Source: Candidatus Latescibacterota bacterium (lineage in GTDB: Bacteria; Latescibacterota; UBA2968; UBA8231). Taken from it: a stretch of DNA of 64,000 bases. Shown piece by piece: positions 60,316-64,000 of the stretch. Below the pieces are notes generated by a model that ran no database searches, was not told the origin of the DNA, and saw only the letters and a list, made by a program, of their open reading frames with translations. The position numbers and the translations under genes were made by a program. The DNA is taken from the NCBI GenBank assembly GCA_965215195.1, contig CBDCDC010000002.1, positions 896,001 through 960,000 of the forward strand. Reading direction: 5' to 3'. Positions within the stretch are counted from its first letter, which is position 1; every line of letters begins with the position of its first letter.

Positions 60316-61503
60316 TCATATTACGCCCTCGTCCCGCAACGCCCGCATATCCTCCTCGCGCAACCCCAACATCTCCCCCAAGACCTCCTCGGTGTGCTGC
60401 CCCAACAAGGGGGCTGGCCCGCGCAGCTCGACCGGCGTGGTGGAAAATCGCAGCGGCGAGTTAGCCACGGTCTGACGCCCCGCGACTGGGTGCTCCAGCT
60501 CGACGATCATCTCCCGCGCCGCCACCTGCTCGTCGCCAAAGACCTGCCTCACATCGCACAACGGCCCGCTCGGTACGCCGGCCGCAGCTAGTATGGCGCA
60601 CCATGCTGCAACGCTTTTCTCGGCCAGCACCCCCTCTAACATCGGCTCCAAGGCCGCGTGGTTTTCGGTGCGGAGCGCGTTGTTGGCAAAGCGCGGATCG
60701 TCAGCCAACGCGCCGAGGCCCAAGGCCGCGCAGAGCTGACGCCAGAGCCGGTCGTTGCCGGCGGCAATGACGATGTACCCGTCGCGGGCGGCAAAGAACT
60801 GGAAAGGGGTAATGGCCGGATGCCGCGACCCAAGCGGCCTAGGCACTTCGCCGGATACGGCATAGCGGGCGAGGGCGTTTTCCAGCAAGGCCACCTGACA
60901 GTCGAGCATGGAAATATCGACTTGCTGCCCCGCGCCCGTGCGCCGCGCCCGCGCTAAGGCCGCGAGGATGCCAATGGCCCCAAACAGAGCGGCACTCAAG
61001 TCGGCAATGGACGAGCCGACCCGCACCGGCGGACCGTGGGGCTGCCCGGTGATGCTGGCTAGCCCCCCCATCGCCTGAATGAGTACGTCGTATGCCGGCC
61101 GCTGTGCGTACGGGCCGGTCTGGCCAAAACCCGAAATCGACGCGTACACCAAGCGCGGATACAGCGTGTGCAAGGCCGCGTACCCCAACCCAAAGCGGTC
61201 CATGCTGCCGGGGCGAAAATTCTCAAGCAACACGTCGCACTCGCCGGCCAAACGCCGCGCCAAGTCTTGGCCCCGCGCCTGTCGCAAGTCGATCGTGGCG
61301 CTTTTCTTGCCGCGATTGACGCTGGCAAAGTACGCGCTCTCGCCGTTTTGGAACGGTCCAAACCCCCGCGCTTCGTCGCCCGTGCCCGGCAGCTCAACCT
61401 TGATCACTTCCGCGCCTAAATCGGCCAACACCATGGACGCGTACGGCCCGGCCAAAACCCGCGTCAAGTCGAGCACCCGCACGCCGGCCAGCAAGTGTTC
61501 CAT
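60316..61503 (-). CDS. CaiB/BaiF class III CoA-transferase
   Basis: LAGVRVLDLTRVLAGP, LADLGAEVIKVE, NRGKKS, ENFRPG, SISGFGQTGP, APLLGQHT. Confidence 0.93.
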   Translation of the reverse strand: MEHLLAGVRVLDLTRVLAGPYASMVLADLGAEVIKVELPGTGDEARGFGPFQNGESAYFASVNRGKKSATIDLRQARGQDLARRLAGECDVLLENFRPGSMDRFGLGYAALHTLYPRLVYASISGFGQTGPYAQRPAYDVLIQAMGGLASITGQPHGPPVRVGSSIADLSAALFGAIGILAALARARRTGAGQQVDISMLDCQVALLENALARYAVSGEVPRPLGSRHPAITPFQFFAARDGYIVIAAGNDRLWRQLCAALGLGALADDPRFANNALRTENHAALEPMLEGVLAEKSVAAWCAILAAAGVPSGPLCDVRQVFGDEQVAAREMIVELEHPVAGRQTVANSPLRFSTTPVELRGPAPLLGQHTEEVLGEMLGLREEDMRALRDEGVI

Positions 61504-61504
61504 C

Positions 61505-63217
61505 TCAACCTCCTTGGGGCGCGGCGAGCAAACCGGCCCCTTCGCCGGGCACGGCCACCGCTAGCGCCGGCTCATGGCCCAACTCGGCTCGCAATACATC
61601 GGCAAATGCGCCGCAGCGTTCCCCATCGACAAATGCACGGTGGACCAGCCCGCCGATATTGCCGCCCCAGCCAGCACCCAACCGCTGCACCGCCCCGGCC
61701 GTTGGTCCCTCAGCAGTGAGAAATTGATTGACCACCCGCACGATCCTATTGTAGGCCGGCGTCATCCGGCCGTAGCCCCCCGGCAAAAAGCGCAGTTGCG
61801 CGCGCGCTTCCCCGCGCTCGGCTCGCTCTACAAGCTGCGCCAAGACCTCGTCGGAAACCTCCCGATCCCAGTCGCCCTCGTGCGAGATGCGGATCAATTC
61901 CAAGGCCGTGGCCATATCGCCTACATTGAGGCAGGCGAGCATCCCGGCCACCCGGTCCTGCTCGGCTAACCCATACACACAGCGCCGGCGAATAAACAAG
62001 GGCGTGTCCTCGGTTAGGTGCTGAAATTTACCGGCGATCTCCCGCTGGTACATTTTCTCAAAGTGCGCTCCGACCCCGGCCGCCTGTGCTTGGGCCGCAA
62101 CCTGCGCCAAACTGGTCTTTTTGGGCATATAGCCCAAGACCCGGTACAGCCTCACAAGCGATAGCCCCAGCGGCCTTGGAACAATATCCCGGAGATAGCG
62201 GACGCGCTCGCGCACGGCGCGGCTTTTGCCCATTAGCCCCAGCAAAATAAATTCGCGGGCGATAAACGCCCCGAGCGGATAGGCAATGACCGTCTCTTCC
62301 TTGACGGCCTCGTCGTACGTGCGAGCAACGCCGCTGTCGAGCACGATGGCCGCGTACTCCTCGGGCAACGCGGCCTCGCCCTGCACCCGGGCCGGAAAGA
62401 CGCCGACGCCGACTAGCTTGCCCGCCCGGCCCAAAATCATCCCTCCGTGGTCGGCGGTGCCGCCGCGGGTGCCGCGCATCCACTCGGAAGTGCCCAGCCC
62501 ATCAACTAGGTCCGCTTGGGGCATATCGCGGTGCGGCACCAGCCCGTGAACCGCCAGCGCCGCCAGCGCCGTCGCCACGACCAGCGCCGAGGACGAGCTC
62601 ATGCCCCCGCTGGGCGAGACATTGCTCCACACCAGCCCGTCGAAGCCGCCCAAGGCCACGCGACCGCGGAAATAACTCTCCAAGTAAATGAGCTGCCCGG
62701 CGACCAGCACCGACCAATCGCCAGTCAAGGCCCGGCCCGTGCGCACTAGCCGCTGGCGGCAGACCCGACCGGCGTAGTCCATCAGGGCCTGCCGCTCGGC
62801 CACGCGGGCCTTCGGCAGGATTGCCTCCAAGTCGAGCTCAATCGGCGCGAAGCGATCGACCGGCGCGCCCGGACTGCGCAAGAAGCTGGCCAGCCGCACC
62901 CGCCGGCGCCCGGCCATCGCCCGCGCCACCACCAACGTATCCGCGCCGCGCACGGCCATCCGCACCGAGGGCATGCCTCCGTAGTCAATGTGCATACCCA
63001 TGACGTTCATCTGCCCAGGGCAGCGGGCCACGACCAAGCGGCCCTCACTGCCGTAGCGAGCGGCAAAGTGCCGCAGGGCCTCCAAGTAGTTGGCCCGCCA
63101 AGCCGCCACCTGCTCCGACCCGTAGAGCCGCCCGAACTCGCAGTCGAAGCCGCCCTGCTCAATCGCGGCCTGCCACTGGATTAGACTAGCTGTATAGGGA
63201 TTGTTAGAGCGCACCAT
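61505..63217 (-). CDS. GHMP kinase (galactokinase-like)
   Basis: PGQMNVMGMHIDY, VSPSGGMSSSSAL, RLGAGWGG. Confidence 0.75.
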   Translation of the reverse strand: MVRSNNPYTASLIQWQAAIEQGGFDCEFGRLYGSEQVAAWRANYLEALRHFAARYGSEGRLVVARCPGQMNVMGMHIDYGGMPSVRMAVRGADTLVVARAMAGRRRVRLASFLRSPGAPVDRFAPIELDLEAILPKARVAERQALMDYAGRVCRQRLVRTGRALTGDWSVLVAGQLIYLESYFRGRVALGGFDGLVWSNVSPSGGMSSSSALVVATALAALAVHGLVPHRDMPQADLVDGLGTSEWMRGTRGGTADHGGMILGRAGKLVGVGVFPARVQGEAALPEEYAAIVLDSGVARTYDEAVKEETVIAYPLGAFIAREFILLGLMGKSRAVRERVRYLRDIVPRPLGLSLVRLYRVLGYMPKKTSLAQVAAQAQAAGVGAHFEKMYQREIAGKFQHLTEDTPLFIRRRCVYGLAEQDRVAGMLACLNVGDMATALELIRISHEGDWDREVSDEVLAQLVERAERGEARAQLRFLPGGYGRMTPAYNRIVRVVNQFLTAEGPTAGAVQRLGAGWGGNIGGLVHRAFVDGERCGAFADVLRAELGHEPALAVAVPGEGAGLLAAPQGG

Positions 63218-64000
63218 CCACGCTCAGGGAAATGCGACGCAAGGGGCGTAAGGTGCGCTCGATCGTCGCATGGTAATACTGCAGCGCGTTGTCCATCCGC
63301 AGATTGAGCCGCAAAGGACCTAGCTGTTGGCTCAATTGCACGTCGAGCAAGTAAATGGGCACATAGTCGCGCCCGCACTCGGCAAAGAGGCCGGATACTC
63401 GTTCAAAACGGCTGAGATATTGGAAGTTTACCCGTCCGCTGGTGGGACCGCGCTCCCCCCAGAGGCCCAGATTGAGGACGTGGCGCGCCCGGTAGGGAAG
63501 CGGCGCTTGGTCCCCGTAGTCGCCGTGGCAATAAGGCGGCAGCACTTGGTGCGCATCGAGAAACTCTACCCCATCGACCAAGGTATAAGCCGCCCTAGCC
63601 CCCAAGCCCAGCGGCAGGGCGGCTTGGACCTCGCTCTCAAACCCGGCGACCCGCGCCCGCGCCAAGTTCAGGAAGCGCGCCACAGGCACAGATCCTCCGG
63701 CTTGGGGGTCTGGGCGGGCCTCAATCAGGCCGCGGTACTCGTTCCAAAACAGAGCCATATCCAAGGCCAACCACTTTGCCAACTCCTGTTTGACCCCTAC
63801 CTCGCCAGACCAAGCCCGCTCGGGATTCAAGGCCGGGTTGGGGCAGACTCGGAGCCCAGAGGCCTCGGCTTGGGAAAAGACCTCAAACACCGAAGGGACG
63901 CGAAAGCCCCGGCCGAGCGAAGCCCGCAGCGCGGTCGCCGCGGACCGCCGAAAGGAAAAGCCGACCTGAGGGCTAAATTCCCCGGTGCTTTTACTCCTGA
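63204..64000 (-). CDS. TonB-dependent receptor, C-terminal part (5'-partial)
   Basis: LRASLGRGFRVPS, NPALNPERAWSGEVG, ARVAGFE, NLRMDNAL. Confidence 0.85.
   Translation of the reverse strand, partial: RSKSTGEFSPQVGFSFRRSAATALRASLGRGFRVPSVFEVFSQAEASGLRVCPNPALNPERAWSGEVGVKQELAKWLALDMALFWNEYRGLIEARPDPQAGGSVPVARFLNLARARVAGFESEVQAALPLGLGARAAYTLVDGVEFLDAHQVLPPYCHGDYGDQAPLPYRARHVLNLGLWGERGPTSGRVNFQYLSRFERVSGLFAECGRDYVPIYLLDVQLSQQLGPLRLNLRMDNALQYYHATIERTLRPLRRISLSVDGAL

Overview
GC-rich bacterial chromosomal window. The gene content (Ig-repeat autotransporter, many sugar-acid and amidohydrolase genes, Uma2 nucleases, TonB receptor) suggests an uncultured diderm of the Latescibacterota/Gemmatimonadota/Poribacteria kind, which is inference only. 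In order: (1) a >2,180-aa putative-Ig-repeat autotransporter adhesin on the minus strand, missing from the ORF track, with 861-bp and 276-bp near-identical tandem blocks; (2) HNH, rpsT and a cysM-mec-cysO-cysK cluster split by a decayed IS701-like element; (3) a housekeeping block aspS-LysM-phoH-7TM-HD-ybeY-CBS-tRNA-fMet-lnt; (4) catabolic genes interspersed with a truncated DUF4160/DUF2442 pair, an ORF-less IS200/IS605-like structured element and an AAA-ATPase/TOPRIM-like pair; (5) a ~21-kb defence island with RecQ-PRTase, DprA carrying three tandem winged-helix repeats, and a type III-B CRISPR-Cas locus (cas10, cmr3, cmr4, cmr5, a Cmr6-Cmr1 fusion with an extra domain, Uma2, a CARF protein with an unassigned C-terminus, cas1, cas2, a ~72-repeat array, cas6); (6) CoA-transferase, GHMP kinase and a partial TonB receptor. 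The strongest direct observation is a mid-array spacer insertion whose 37-bp duplication is shifted exactly 11 bp out of register. All family calls come from motif recognition by eye; no searches were run.
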